Shown one piece after another: positions 23,890 through 34,655 of a DNA stretch of 64,000 bases; the first letter of the stretch is position 1, and every line of letters begins with the position of its first letter. Below the pieces are notes generated by a model. It was not told where the DNA came from, did no database searches, and saw nothing but the letters and a program-made list of their open reading frames with translations. Location: the NCBI GenBank assembly GCA_963845245.1, contig CAWJRJ010000030.1, forward strand, positions 1-64,000, in the 5' to 3' direction. The translations under genes were made by a program, and so were the position numbers. Source of the DNA: Nitrospirota bacterium (GTDB taxonomy: Bacteria; Nitrospirota; JACRHJ01).

Positions 23890-25028
23890 ATGGACGATAT
23901 CGAAAAACTAAAAGCAGAGAACATAAGCCTCAGGCGCGAGCTTGAGGATCGAACGGAACAAGCTTGAAATCATCCTTCAGAGCATAGTAGACGGCGTGTA
24001 TACCACTGACGCCGACAGGAAGATCGTCTTCTGGAACAAAGGCGCGGAGAGGATCACGGGCTTCAATGCAGGAGACGTAACCGGGCAATACTGCCGAGAT
24101 ATACTCTGCCACACGGACGAGGCAGGTGAAAGCCTCTGCGATACGGCCTGTCCTATAGCAACAACAATGTCTGCCCAGAACGCGATAATAGGCAAAGATG
24201 TATATTCCGGCACCGTCTGGGGGCGGCTTATCCCGGTCTCGGTTTCATGCTCTCCAATTATAGACAAGGAAGGCAACGCCACCGGTGCAATCGAGGTGTT
24301 CAGGGACATTTCCGACAAAAAACAGCTTGAGCGCCAGAAAGAAGATTTCTATTCAATGCTTACCCATGACCTCAAATCTCCCCTACAGGTCATAATGGGT
24401 TATGCCGAGCTGTTGGGCGGTATGTCTCCCGACCAGTTAAGCAATAATTCCGCCGACTTTATCAACATCATCCTTAATAATTGCAGTTCCATGCATTCGT
24501 TGATAAACGATTTTCTGAGCATATCCAAATTCGAATCCGGCTCCATGCATTTAGACATGCGAGAAAACAACCTTTCCGAGCTTGCCAAAAGGGTTTACGA
24601 CAACTACATGCCTGCCTGCCTGAAAAAAGAGATTACATTGAAGGCGTCACTGCCTGACATATTCAGAGAATCATTAATGGACGAAAAACTTATCGAGCGG
24701 GCGTTGACCAACCTGGTAAATAACGCCGTGAAATTCACTCCGAGACATGGGACTGTATCGATATCCCTGACAGAGATGGATGGGTCTGCCGTTATAACTG
24801 TTTCCGACACGGGGCCTGGGATACAGCGCTGAAGAGATAGGGCTCGTGTTTGAGAAGTATCACAGGATTAAATCTACATCGGGTGCGGATGGCATCGGGC
24901 TCGGGCTTGCCATAGTAAAATCAATAGTTGAAGCACACGGCGGCAGTGTAGCCTTGGAGAGCGCTCCAGGCAAGGGCAGCAACTTCATAATCAACCTTCC
25001 AATAACACATCCCTCAGAAAGCAGATAA
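23890..25028 (+). CDS. cytoplasmic PAS histidine kinase; frameshifts near 23945 and 24830
   Basis: SIVDGVY...WNKGAERITG PAS with four Cys; THDLKSPL, NAVKFT, DTGPGI, GIGLGLAI. Confidence 0.88.
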
Positions 25029-26599
25029 TGAGCGAGCATGCCAGGTTAACCAGGGCCGCATGGTCTCTGAGTGTCTTCACATCCATCTCGCGCGTCCTGG
25101 GGTTCGTGCGGATGATGGTGATAGCCAAGATATTCGGCGCAGGCATGCTGGCGGACGCGTTCTTCGTCGCATTCCGGATCAGCAACATCCTCCGCGAACT
25201 TCTGGCAGAGGGCTCGATGTCCGCCGCCTTCATCCCTGTCTTCACCGAATACTTCCATACCAAATCAAAGGAAGAGGCCAGGGAGCTCGCAAGCTCTATA
25301 TTCTACATCCTCATGTTTATCCTCGTAGGGGTGGTGGCGCTTGGGATAGCCTTCTCCCCGGCAGGTCGTCAGCGCAATCAGCGCACGGCTATGTGCAATA
25401 CCCGGAAAAGTTCGACCTGACTGTAAAGCTCACCAGGATAATGTTCCCGTACATCCTGTTCGTGGGTCTCTCCGCCGTCACCATGGGCGTGCTGAACTCC
25501 ATGGGCTCGTTCACCGCACCGGCCTTCGCCCCTGTTATGCTGAACCTGTCCATGATCGGCTTTGCCCTTTACGTCTCGCCAAGGATGGAAAACCCTATTG
25601 CGGCCTGGCCCTGGGCGTGGTGTTCGGCGGACTGCTCCAGCTACTTATCCAGCTCCCGCCGCTCAAGAAGAAAGGCATGGGTTTCCTATTTCATGGTAAA
25701 GCCCAGCCGATCCGGGCGTCAAGAAGGTCGGACGGCTTACCATACCTGTTATAGGCAGCCAGGCAGCCACCCAGATAAACATCTTCATCAGCAGCCTGAT
25801 AGCCACCTACCTCCCGCAGGGCAGCGTGTCGTACCTTTTTTATGCGATGAACCTCTTCCAGTTCCCGCACGGCATCTTCGGCATCTCCATTGCAACGGCG
25901 GTACTCCCCAGCATGTCGCGCCAGGCCGCAGTAAAGGATTACGACGGGCTCAAGGGCACCCTCTCCTTTCGGCCTGCGCTATATCTTCTTCATCATGCTC
26001 CCGGCGATGGTCGGGCTTATCGTCCTGAGGGTCCCGATTACCAGCCTTCTCTTTCTGAGGGGTTCGTTCACCTATGCCGACACGCTTGGCACCGCCTATG
26101 CGCTGTTTTTTTTCTCGCTCGGCCTCTGGGCATACTCCGGCGTCCGCATTATCAACGCCGCATTTTATTCGCTGCAAGACACCAGGACCCCAGTAATGGG
26201 CGCGTTCATTTCCGTCACCGTCAACGCGACCTTAAGCCTTCTGCTGATGGGGCCGCTCAAGCACGGCGGCCTTGCCCTCGCCACGGCCATCTGCGTCGGC
26301 TATCAACATGTCCTTCCTGCTTTTTATGTTCAGGAGGAGGATGGGAAGGATCGGCGCGACAAAGATCCTTCTATTCCATATTGAAATCTGCCTTCGCCGC
26401 GGCCTTGATGGGCGTCGTATGTTATTACCTCTCCATCAGCGACATATGGGCATTAAGCGGCCATACCTTTGAGAAGGCACGCATTGTGGCAACAGACATA
26501 TTTGCCGGGATAGCCACATATGCCCTCGTCCTTTATCTACTCAAGAGCGAGGAGCTGACATTTATCGTGAATACGTTCAAGCTTAAGCTGAAAAAATAA
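25028..26599 (+). CDS. murJ: lipid II flippase MurJ; several frameshifts
   Basis: SRVLGFVR, ADAFFVAFRI, AEGSMSAAFIPVF, RIMFPYI, FQFPHGIFG, AFYSLQDTRTP, HGGLALAT. Confidence 0.92.
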
Positions 26600-26607
26600 C
26601 GGAGGTT

Positions 26608-27237
26608 TTGATGATACTAGAGACTATAGTTGTCGGCGCGTTGGCCGTCAACTGCTACCTTGTCGGGTCCGCCACCACGCACGAGGCTGTCGTTATCGAC
26701 CCGGGCGACGATGCGGCAAAGATCATGTCGGTGATCAAAAAGAGAGGGTTGACGCTTAAATATATAGTATTCACCCACGGCCACTTCGACCACTCCGGCG
26801 CGGCCTTGGAGCTTCATAACGATACAGGGGCAAAGGTGTTTGTGAACGAAAAAGACGCCACACTCCTCAAGAATGCCGCGGCTCAGGCTGCCCTCTTCGG
26901 CATGAAAGCGAATGCCGTACCAAAACCTGACGGGTTCCTGAAGGAAGGGGACATCGTAAAAGCGGGTGAACTTGAACTGAAGATTATCGAGACGCCCGGC
27001 CATTCGCAGGGCTGCATCAGCCTTTACATGAAGAAACAGGGCATAGTGTTTACTGGCGATACGCTTTTCTGGGGCTCAATCGGCAGGACGGACCTTCCAG
27101 GCGGAGACTACAAAACTATTATCCATTCTTTAAAGGTCAAGCTGGGCGCGCTACCGGACACCACAAAGGTCTACCCCGGTCACGGTGACGACACTACGAT
27201 AGGGTTTGAGAAACATCAAAACCCCTATTTCGAGTAG
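26608..27237 (+). CDS. MBL-fold hydrolase (glyoxalase II/YcbL-like)
   Basis: THGHFDH, TPGHSQG, GDTLF, GRTDLPGG, PGHG. Confidence 0.9.
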   Translation: MMILETIVVGALAVNCYLVGSATTHEAVVIDPGDDAAKIMSVIKKRGLTLKYIVFTHGHFDHSGAALELHNDTGAKVFVNEKDATLLKNAAAQAALFGMKANAVPKPDGFLKEGDIVKAGELELKIIETPGHSQGCISLYMKKQGIVFTGDTLFWGSIGRTDLPGGDYKTIIHSLKVKLGALPDTTKVYPGHGDDTTIGFEKHQNPYFE

Positions 27238-28008
27238 TCAGATTTCCAACTCCATGCCGTCGCGTAATACGGTGATACCGCTCCGGCCCAGAGCCTTTAT
27301 CTCACGCTCGATTTCAGAGATATGCTGGCTCTTTACGTGATAAACAAAGACAGGGCCGTCATATCCTTTGATCTTATCGAGTTCTTTCCCCATCATCTGC
27401 GGCGTCAGGTGGCAGCTCTTATCCGCAAGGTCCTGCATGCGGTTCGGGAAAGAGGTTTCGACAAGCACGGCCTTCAGGTTGCTCCCCAACCCTGCGGCGG
27501 CAACCCATATCTCATCTGTAGCCTTGGTATCGCCGCTGTAAACAATAGCATTATCGCCTTCTTTTATAATAAAGCCGGTAGTTGGCACTGCATGCTTTAC
27601 ACTGACCGGCATGAAGCTCAGACCGCCGCCCAATCTCTCTTCCCGGCCTGTAACCAGCCTGTGATATTTGATCACCGGGTTATCCTCACTGGGGATTTTT
27701 GTGAAGTCCGGCCAGATACTGTTATTGAAGATGTGTGAGCTGACTGCCGAGATAACTTCATCGACCGCAGCAACAATTATTGGGGATTCATTCTTTCCGA
27801 CTACATTATCGGCCAAAAACGGCAGGGCGTTCGTATGGTCCAGGTGGGCGTGGGATAGTACGACATGTGTAATCGCTGTCATCTCGGAGGTGGTGAGGCC
27901 GGTGGATATGGTCCCCGCATCCAGCATCACGCATCCGTTCAGAAGGAATCCTGTCAGGTTGCAACAGGGCTGCTCCGAGCCGAAACCTCCCAGGACCCTT
28001 ATCCTCAT
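27238..28008 (-). CDS. 3',5'-cyclic-nucleotide phosphodiesterase class II-like MBL protein
   Basis: DAGT, SHAHLDH, HIFNNSIWPDF, YSGDT, ETSFPN, HLTP. Confidence 0.8.
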   Translation of the reverse strand: MRIRVLGGFGSEQPCCNLTGFLLNGCVMLDAGTISTGLTTSEMTAITHVVLSHAHLDHTNALPFLADNVVGKNESPIIVAAVDEVISAVSSHIFNNSIWPDFTKIPSEDNPVIKYHRLVTGREERLGGGLSFMPVSVKHAVPTTGFIIKEGDNAIVYSGDTKATDEIWVAAAGLGSNLKAVLVETSFPNRMQDLADKSCHLTPQMMGKELDKIKGYDGPVFVYHVKSQHISEIEREIKALGRSGITVLRDGMELEI

Positions 28009-28818
28009 CTAGCCTCCGCACCTGCAATTATGCCTTCTTTAAGACTCTTCACAAACCTGCCTACTTCTCTTACCAGCGTCTTTTTACCGGCATTTTTCTC
28101 AATTATCCCGACCAGCGCACTTCCCACAATAACTCCGTCGGCCCAGGCACTCACACTTTGCGGCCTGTTCCGGTGTAGATATACCGAAGCCCACGCATAC
28201 AGGTTTTTTACTGAAACGCCTTATTCTCTTAATGGACGCCTCAATGCCCGAATCAAGGGCGGTCCTTGCTCCAGTGACGCCGGTGAGGGATACATAGTAG
28301 ATGAAACCCGAAGAGTGTTTCTCTACAAGCCTGACCCTGTCGTCGCTGGATGTAGGCGCAAGCAGAAATATAATATCAATACCGTTGGCATTTGCCGCTG
28401 TTGCAAGGCCTGTTGCCTCATCCGGTGGAAGGTCCGGCACTATCAGACCATCGACGCCAGCCGCGGCGGCATCCTTTGCGAACTTCTCCTCACCGTAATG
28501 ATGTATGAGGTTGTAATAGAGCATCAGGATTACAGGGATGTCTGTTTCTTTGCGGATATCTTTTACCAGCCCTATAACTTTTTTCAGAGTCGTCCCGATA
28601 GCGAGCGCCCTTATTCCGGCACGCTGTATCGTCGGCCCGTCCGCGACCGGGTCTGAGAACGGCGCGCCAATCTCTATAATATCTGCGCCTGACCTGGCTA
28701 TTTCCAGGACGATTTCGCGTGTCGCATGAAGGTCCGGGTCTCCAGCCATTATGTACGGTATGAGGGCGGTCTCCCTCCTGTTTTTAAGTTCCTTGAATTT
28801 CTCTGCTATTCTCGACAT
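28009..28818 (-). CDS. trpA: tryptophan synthase alpha; frameshift near 28155
   Basis: PFSDPVADGPTIQ, IVPDLP, FLLAPTS, VSLTGVTG, GFGIS; tail DGVIVGSA in shifted frame. Confidence 0.95.
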
Positions 28819-28832
28819 TTTGTCCCCGCCCC

Positions 28833-30023
28833 CTAAAGCTTTACGCCCCTGATCCCGGCAACCTGCTGTACGTCTTTGTCGCCGCGGCCGGAAAGGTTCA
28901 CTATCATTATCTCGGATTTCTTCATGCGAGGCGCCCTCTTCACCGCCTCGGCGACAGCATGTGCAGACTCCAGGGCAGGTATGATACCCTCCATCCTTGA
29001 GAGCAGGTCGAAAGCTTCAAGCGCCTCGTCGTCCGTCGCATATGTATACTCGATCCGGCCAAGATCGCGGTAGTAGCTGTGCTCAGGGCCGACTGATGCA
29101 TAATCTAGCCCTGCGGAAACTGAATGCGTCTCCTTTATCTGCCCTTCCTTGTCCTGAAGCACGTAGCTCATTGTGCCCTGCAGCACTCCAAGCGAGCCGC
29201 CTGCATATCTCGCTGCGTGTTTGCCAGACTTGATACCTTTGCCGCCAGCCTCAACACCGACCATCCTCACGGACTTGTCTTTCAAAAATTTAAAGAACAG
29301 GCCCATCGAGTTGCTGCCGCCCCCAACGCATGCAACCAGCAGGTCGGGTAGTCTGCCCTCAGCCTTTTTTATCTGGGCCCTGGCCTCGACGCCTATCACC
29401 GACTGGAAGTCCCTTACCATCATCGGATACGGGTGAGGCCCGAAGACTGTACCCATTATGTAATGAGTCGTGCGTACGTTGGTCGTCCAGTCCCTGAATG
29501 CCTCGGAGATCGCGTCCTTCAGCGTCCTGCTGCCTATGTCGACCGGAACCACCTTCGCCCCCAGGAGCTTCATGCGGTATACGTTCAGGGACTGACGTTT
29601 TATGTCGTCGGTCCCCATGTATACTTCGCATTCCATACCGAAAAGCGCGGCCGCGGTAGCTGTGGCAACGCCGTGCTGGCCAGCACCAGTCTCGGCTATC
29701 ACGCGCTTTTTCCCGGACTTTGAAGCAAGCAGCACCTGGGCCAGCGCGTTGTTTATCTTATGCGCGCCCGTATGGCAGAGGTCTTCGCGCTTGATGTATA
29801 TCTTCGCTCCGCCGAGCTTCTTTGTCAGCCTCTCGGCATACATGAGCGGCGTCGGACGGCCCACGAACTGAGCGAGGTAATACTTCAGCTCCTTCTGGAA
29901 GGCCTTGTCCTTTTTTGCTATTGCGTATGCTTTTTCAAGCTCCAGTAACGCGGGCATCAGAGTCTCGGGTGCGTACCTGCCCCCGTAAATTCCAAAATGC
30001 CCGCCTTTGTCCGGCGACATCAT
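28833..30023 (-). CDS. trpB: tryptophan synthase beta (TrpB1)
   Basis: [46 protein letters not shown]. Confidence 0.97.
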   Translation of the reverse strand: MMSPDKGGHFGIYGGRYAPETLMPALLELEKAYAIAKKDKAFQKELKYYLAQFVGRPTPLMYAERLTKKLGGAKIYIKREDLCHTGAHKINNALAQVLLASKSGKKRVIAETGAGQHGVATATAAALFGMECEVYMGTDDIKRQSLNVYRMKLLGAKVVPVDIGSRTLKDAISEAFRDWTTNVRTTHYIMGTVFGPHPYPMMVRDFQSVIGVEARAQIKKAEGRLPDLLVACVGGGSNSMGLFFKFLKDKSVRMVGVEAGGKGIKSGKHAARYAGGSLGVLQGTMSYVLQDKEGQIKETHSVSAGLDYASVGPEHSYYRDLGRIEYTYATDDEALEAFDLLSRMEGIIPALESAHAVAEAVKRAPRMKKSEIMIVNLSGRGDKDVQQVAGIRGVKL

Positions 30024-30039
30024 TCCTCCTAGTCTCGGG

Positions 30040-30658
30040 CTATTTCTTGCAGCCCTTTGCATTTGCTATAAAGCGGCTGACCGCACCAAAATCCTTTTTA
30101 CCCTTTTCGGATTCCACGCCGGATGACACGTCAACTGCATACGGGTTCACACGCGCGACTGCCTCGGCCACATTGTCGGGAGTAAGGCCGCCGGCCAGAA
30201 TTATCCGGCCCATGCGTTTCGCGTACACGGCATCGTCCCAGTTGAATACCTCTCCGGTGCCGCCGAACTCCTTCTCGGAGTATGTATCAAGCAGGTATGC
30301 CGAAGCCCCATACTCGCCGAGTCTTGCCAGGCTTTCCCTGTCCTTCACCCTGAACGCCTTTATGTAATCCATCCCGAACGAGCCGCAAAAGGCCGGCGTC
30401 TCGGAACCGTGGAACTGAAGCAAGCTGACACCGCTTTTGAATACCGCGTCCCGCACCTCGGCTTCGTGGGCGTCCACGAATAACGCCGACCGTTGTTATG
30501 AATGGCGGGAGCGACTCTATGATCTCGCCAGCCTTCACCGGGTCGATGTAGCGCGGGCTGCCCTTGTAGAAGACGAAGCCCAGCGCGTCGGCGCCCTGCG
30601 AGGCCGCGTACTGAGCATCTTCCACGTTCGTTATCCCGCAGATTTTAACTCTAACCAT
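30040..30658 (-). CDS. trpF: phosphoribosylanthranilate isomerase; frameshift near 30480
   Basis: [44 protein letters not shown]. Confidence 0.93.
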
Positions 30659-30666
30659 GTTAATCC

Positions 30667-30759
30667 CCACTTTCTTTTACGAAAAAGAAAGTGGACAAAG
30701 AAAACGGGTTCATTAATGGCTTTCTTTTGGTACTTTTCTTTCACCTGAAAGAAAAGTAC
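30667..30759. repeat. double-hairpin (REPIN-like) intergenic element
   Basis: Perfect 12-bp (30667-30694) and 14-bp (30730-30759) stems with mutually complementary AAAGAAA/TTTCTTT tails. Confidence 0.7.
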
Positions 30760-30763
30760 AGTC

Positions 30764-32117
30764 TTAAATCACTGGCAGTTCGGCCAGCGCCTTCTTCATC
30801 CCTTCAGCGTCGAACGTGGAGTCCTTCATCCTGCCGGCATTGTACTCGTCGTATGCGGCAAGGTCGAATATCCCGTGGCCGGAGAGGTTAAAGAAGATCG
30901 TCTTCTCCTTGCCCTCTTCCTTGGCCTTGAGCGCCTCGTCTATCGCGCCCCTGATGGCATGTGACGACTCCGGCGCCGGGATTATGCCCTCGCTCCTTGC
31001 GAATATCATCGCGGCCTGGAATATGCTGGTCTGGTTGTACGACTGCGCCTCGATAAGGCCGTCTTTGTAAAGCTGACAGATGATAGGCGAATCTGCGTGA
31101 TACCTCAGGCCGCCCGCATGGTCTCCCGGCGGGATGAAGTTGTGTCCGAGGGTGTACATCATCATCAGCGGCGTCATCTGGGCCGTGTCGCCGAAGTCGT
31201 AGCGGAACTCGCCCTTTGTGAGGGTCGGGCAGGAAGTCGGCTCAACCGCCACCACCCTCAGCTGCTTGCCGTTTATCTTGTCCCGCAGAAACGGGAACGA
31301 TACGCCCGCCAGGTTGCTCCCGCCACCGCACGCTGCGAATATGACGTCCGGATAGTCGCCCACCTTCTTGAACTGTTCAAGCGCCTCAAGGCCAATGACC
31401 GTCTGGTGGAGGCAGACATGGTTCAGCACGGAGCCGAGCGCATAATTGGTATCTGCATGCGTGGCCGCGTCCTCGACCGCCTCGCTGATGGCAAGTCCCA
31501 GGCTGCCCGGATTGTTCGGGTCGGCAGCAAGCGCCTGACGGCCAGCGTTTGTTTCGATCGCTCGGGCTCGCAAACACCTTGCCGCCCCAGGTCTCCATTG
31601 CAATTCGCCTGTATGGCTTCTGGTTGTAGCTTACCTTCACCATGTACACGGTGACGTCGAGTCCGAAGAATGCGCCGGAGAAGCTCATCGCGCTTCCCCA
31701 CTGGCCAGCGCCGGTCTCGGTCGCAATCCTCTTGATGCCGGCCTGCTTGTTGTAGTAGGCCTGCGGTACGGCGGTATTCGGCTTGTGGCTGCCGGTAGGG
31801 TTCAAGCCCTCGTGCTTGTAGTAAATCTTCGCGGGCGTCCCAAGCGCCTTCTCAAGACGCCTTGCCCTGTACAGCGGTGAAGGCCTCCAGAGCGAATAGA
31901 TCTCCATGACTTCTTCCGGGATATCTATGTACCGCTCGGTGCTGACCTCCTGCTCTATTATCGACATCGGAAATATCGGCGCAAGGTCTTCGGGGCCGAC
32001 AGGCTGTTTTGTGCCGGGGTGAAGAGGCGGCGCGGGCTTGGTAGGCATATCCGCCATTATGTTGTACCACTGGCGCGGCATCTCTTTTTCTGTCAGTAAA
32101 ATCTTGGTCTCTTTCAT
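30764..32117 (-). CDS. trpB2: TrpB2 (TrpB-like PLP enzyme); frameshift near 31555
   Basis: [58 protein letters not shown]. Confidence 0.93.
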
Positions 32118-32119
32118 AA

Positions 32120-32916
32120 TTATTTCATCCTCCCAGAAACGGTATTGTCTGCCAGCTCCCTAAGCTTCTTCCCGTAGTCCTCTTGCCTCATTATTGCCTC
32201 GCCGATAAGTGCGGCGTCGGCGCCGATCTTATTAAGGTAGCGTATATCTTCCAGGCTTGATATCCCTGATTCGCTTACGACCAACTTGTCGTCGGTATAT
32301 CTCGCATAAGCCTCTCGGTGGTCTTTATGTCCACATCGAAGGTATTCAGGTTGCGGTTGTTTATGCCGACCACATTGAAACCACACTCGAGCACCTTTTC
32401 AAGGTCTCGCTCGTCGTGCGACTCGGCCAGCGTCTCCATGCCAAGCTCTTTGCCCAGCATGTACAGGTCCTGCATCCTGGAGGTCTCCAGTATGGCGGCG
32501 ATCAGAAGAAACGCGTCCGCCCCGTTTGCCTTTGCCTCGTAGACCTGGTACTCGTCGAAGATGAAGTCCTTCCTGAGAAGCGGTATGTTGACCTTCTTCC
32601 TTATCTCGGCAAGGAACGAGAGGTCACCCATGAAATGTTTTTTCTCTGTAAGGACTGATATCGCCTTCGCGCCGTTTTTCTCATACGCAGCGGCTATTGC
32701 GACCGGGTCGAAATCTGCGCGGATCAGCCCCTTCGATGGTGAGGCCTTTTTCACCTCGGCTATGATTGTCACACGGTCCGGGTGAACAAGCGCGGCGGCG
32801 AAATCATAGCCTGGGACGGCGTCCCGGACCTTCGCCTTAAGCTCCTTTAGAGGGAGCCGCGATTTAACGCCGTCTAGCTCTTCTCTTTTGTCTTTTACAA
32901 TAATGTCGAGGATCAT
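32120..32916 (-). CDS. trpC: indole-3-glycerol phosphate synthase; frameshift near 32280
   Basis: [36 protein letters not shown]. Confidence 0.95.
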
Positions 32917-32928
32917 CCAGGCGGGTCC

Positions 32929-34003
32929 CTATAAACCTGAAGCGGGTTTCAGGTTTTTGGTGAATCCCACAAGGCCGTCAAGCTTTGCCATCGCGGCACC
33001 AGAGTCTATCGACCCTGCAGCCAGCTTTATGCCTTCGGCAATAGACCCGGCCTTACCCCCCACATACAATGCAGCGCCCGAGTTTAAAATCACAATATCC
33101 CGCCCCGCGCCGGGCTTCCCGCCCAGTATGTCTTTTGCTATTGCGGCATTTTTACCAGCATCGCCGCCAAGTATATCTTCAGCAGCGGCAAGCTTAAAAC
33201 CGTAATCCCTCGGGTCCAGGAACCATGTATGCACGCCCGCGTCCCTGACCTCTGAGATCCGGCTCTCTCTGGTAATGGTAATCTCGTCAAGTCCGTCCAT
33301 CCCGTGCACAACCATAGCCCTCTTCGTGCCGAGGTTCAACAGCACGTGCGCCATCTTCTCTGTGAGTGCAGCCTCGTACACTCCCAGAACCTGTGCGCTC
33401 GCGCCAGCCGGGTTGGTAAGCGGACCGAGTATGTTGAATATGGTCCTTATCCCTATCTCTCTCCTTGGCCCTATCGCGTGCTTCATGGAAGAGTGCAACA
33501 TCGGCGCATAAAGGAAACCGATGCCAAGCTCGTCTATGCACCTTCCCACATCTTCGGGCGATATGTCTATGTTCACGCCAAGCGCGGTAAGGACATCAGC
33601 GCTGCCGCAGCAAGATGATACTGCACGGTTCCCGTGTTTGGCGACCTTAATGCCGGCGCCCGCCACGACGAATGCGCAAATCGTCGATATGTTAAAGGTG
33701 TTGGTGCCGTCTCCCCCGGTGCCGCAGGTGTCCATCACGGTCTCAAGGTCTAAGTTTATGTCGTCGTGGTCGAGCGTGACAGGCCTGCCCTTCATAGGTA
33801 TCCTGGTCACCTTCTTCCTCATGACCTTTGCCGCGCCGGTTATCTCGTCCACCGTCTCACCCTTCATCCGAAGCGCGGTAATGAAGGCGGCAATAAGGGC
33901 ATTGGAGACCTGACCTTCCATTATCTCGACCCATCGCGGCTTCCATCTCCTCACGGGTCAGGTTCTCGCGGTCAACAACTTTTAAAAGGGCTTCACTTAT
34001 CAT
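32929..34003 (-). CDS. trpD: anthranilate phosphoribosyltransferase; frameshifted near the 5' end
   Basis: [42 protein letters not shown]. Confidence 0.95.
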
Positions 34004-34025
34004 AATTTTTATCCACGTTTACGGA

Positions 34026-34057
34026 CTCTCCTGCCGGGAGAGGGCGGTGGGTGAGGG
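34026..34057. repeat. short palindromic intergenic element (CTCTCC...GGAGAG-GG...GGTGAGGG)
   Basis: Hairpin CTCTCC-tgccg-GGAGAG followed by GGGTGAGGG, between trpG and trpD; single copy in window. Confidence 0.4.
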
Positions 34058-34636
34058 CTAGCCCTTGCCCCTCATCATTCGTGTGAAGTTCCCAAGCAGG
34101 TCCTTGCCCACGGTAGTAAGTATCGATTCAGGGTGAAACTGGACGCCCTCAACCATAAACTCCCTGTGCCGAAGCCCCATGATCTCGCCTTCCTTCGTCT
34201 CGGCGCTTATCTCCAGGCATTTGGGGAGGGTGGACTTCTTTACTATCAGGGAGTGGTACCTGGTCGCCACAAACGGGTTCGGGAGGTCCTTGAAGATGGT
34301 CTTGCCGTCGTGGTGTATCATCGAGGTCTTGCCGTGCATTAGCCTGTCGGCCCTTATCACGTCGCCGCCGAACGCCTCGCCTATCGACTGGTGCCCAAGG
34401 CATACGCCGAGAATGGGTATCTTTCCCGCAAAGTATTTTATCGTCTCCACCGAGATGCCCGCTTCCTTCGGGGTGCACGGGCCGGGAGATATTATTATGC
34501 CCTCGGGAGCCATATTCTCGATCTCGGCGATAGTTATCTTGTCGTTCCTGTATACGCGCAGGTCCTCACCAAGCTCGCCCAGGTATTGGACGAGGTTGTA
34601 TGTAAAGGAGTCGTAGTTGTCGATCATTAAAAGCAT
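34058..34636 (-). CDS. trpG: anthranilate synthase component II (glutamine amidotransferase)
   Basis: [32 protein letters not shown]. Confidence 0.95.
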   Translation of the reverse strand: MLLMIDNYDSFTYNLVQYLGELGEDLRVYRNDKITIAEIENMAPEGIIISPGPCTPKEAGISVETIKYFAGKIPILGVCLGHQSIGEAFGGDVIRADRLMHGKTSMIHHDGKTIFKDLPNPFVATRYHSLIVKKSTLPKCLEISAETKEGEIMGLRHREFMVEGVQFHPESILTTVGKDLLGNFTRMMRGKG

Positions 34637-34655
34637 AGAAACCTCTTGTTGCTTC

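Noticed and set aside
23340..24850. Stop codons at 23351-23353 (TAG) and 24830-24832 (TGA) in the kinases as pyrrolysine/selenocysteine or an alternative genetic code
   Set aside because: The proteins continue in a different frame (KAISSIQASGYKIL; SAEEIGLVFEK), so these are frameshift artefacts rather than read-through.
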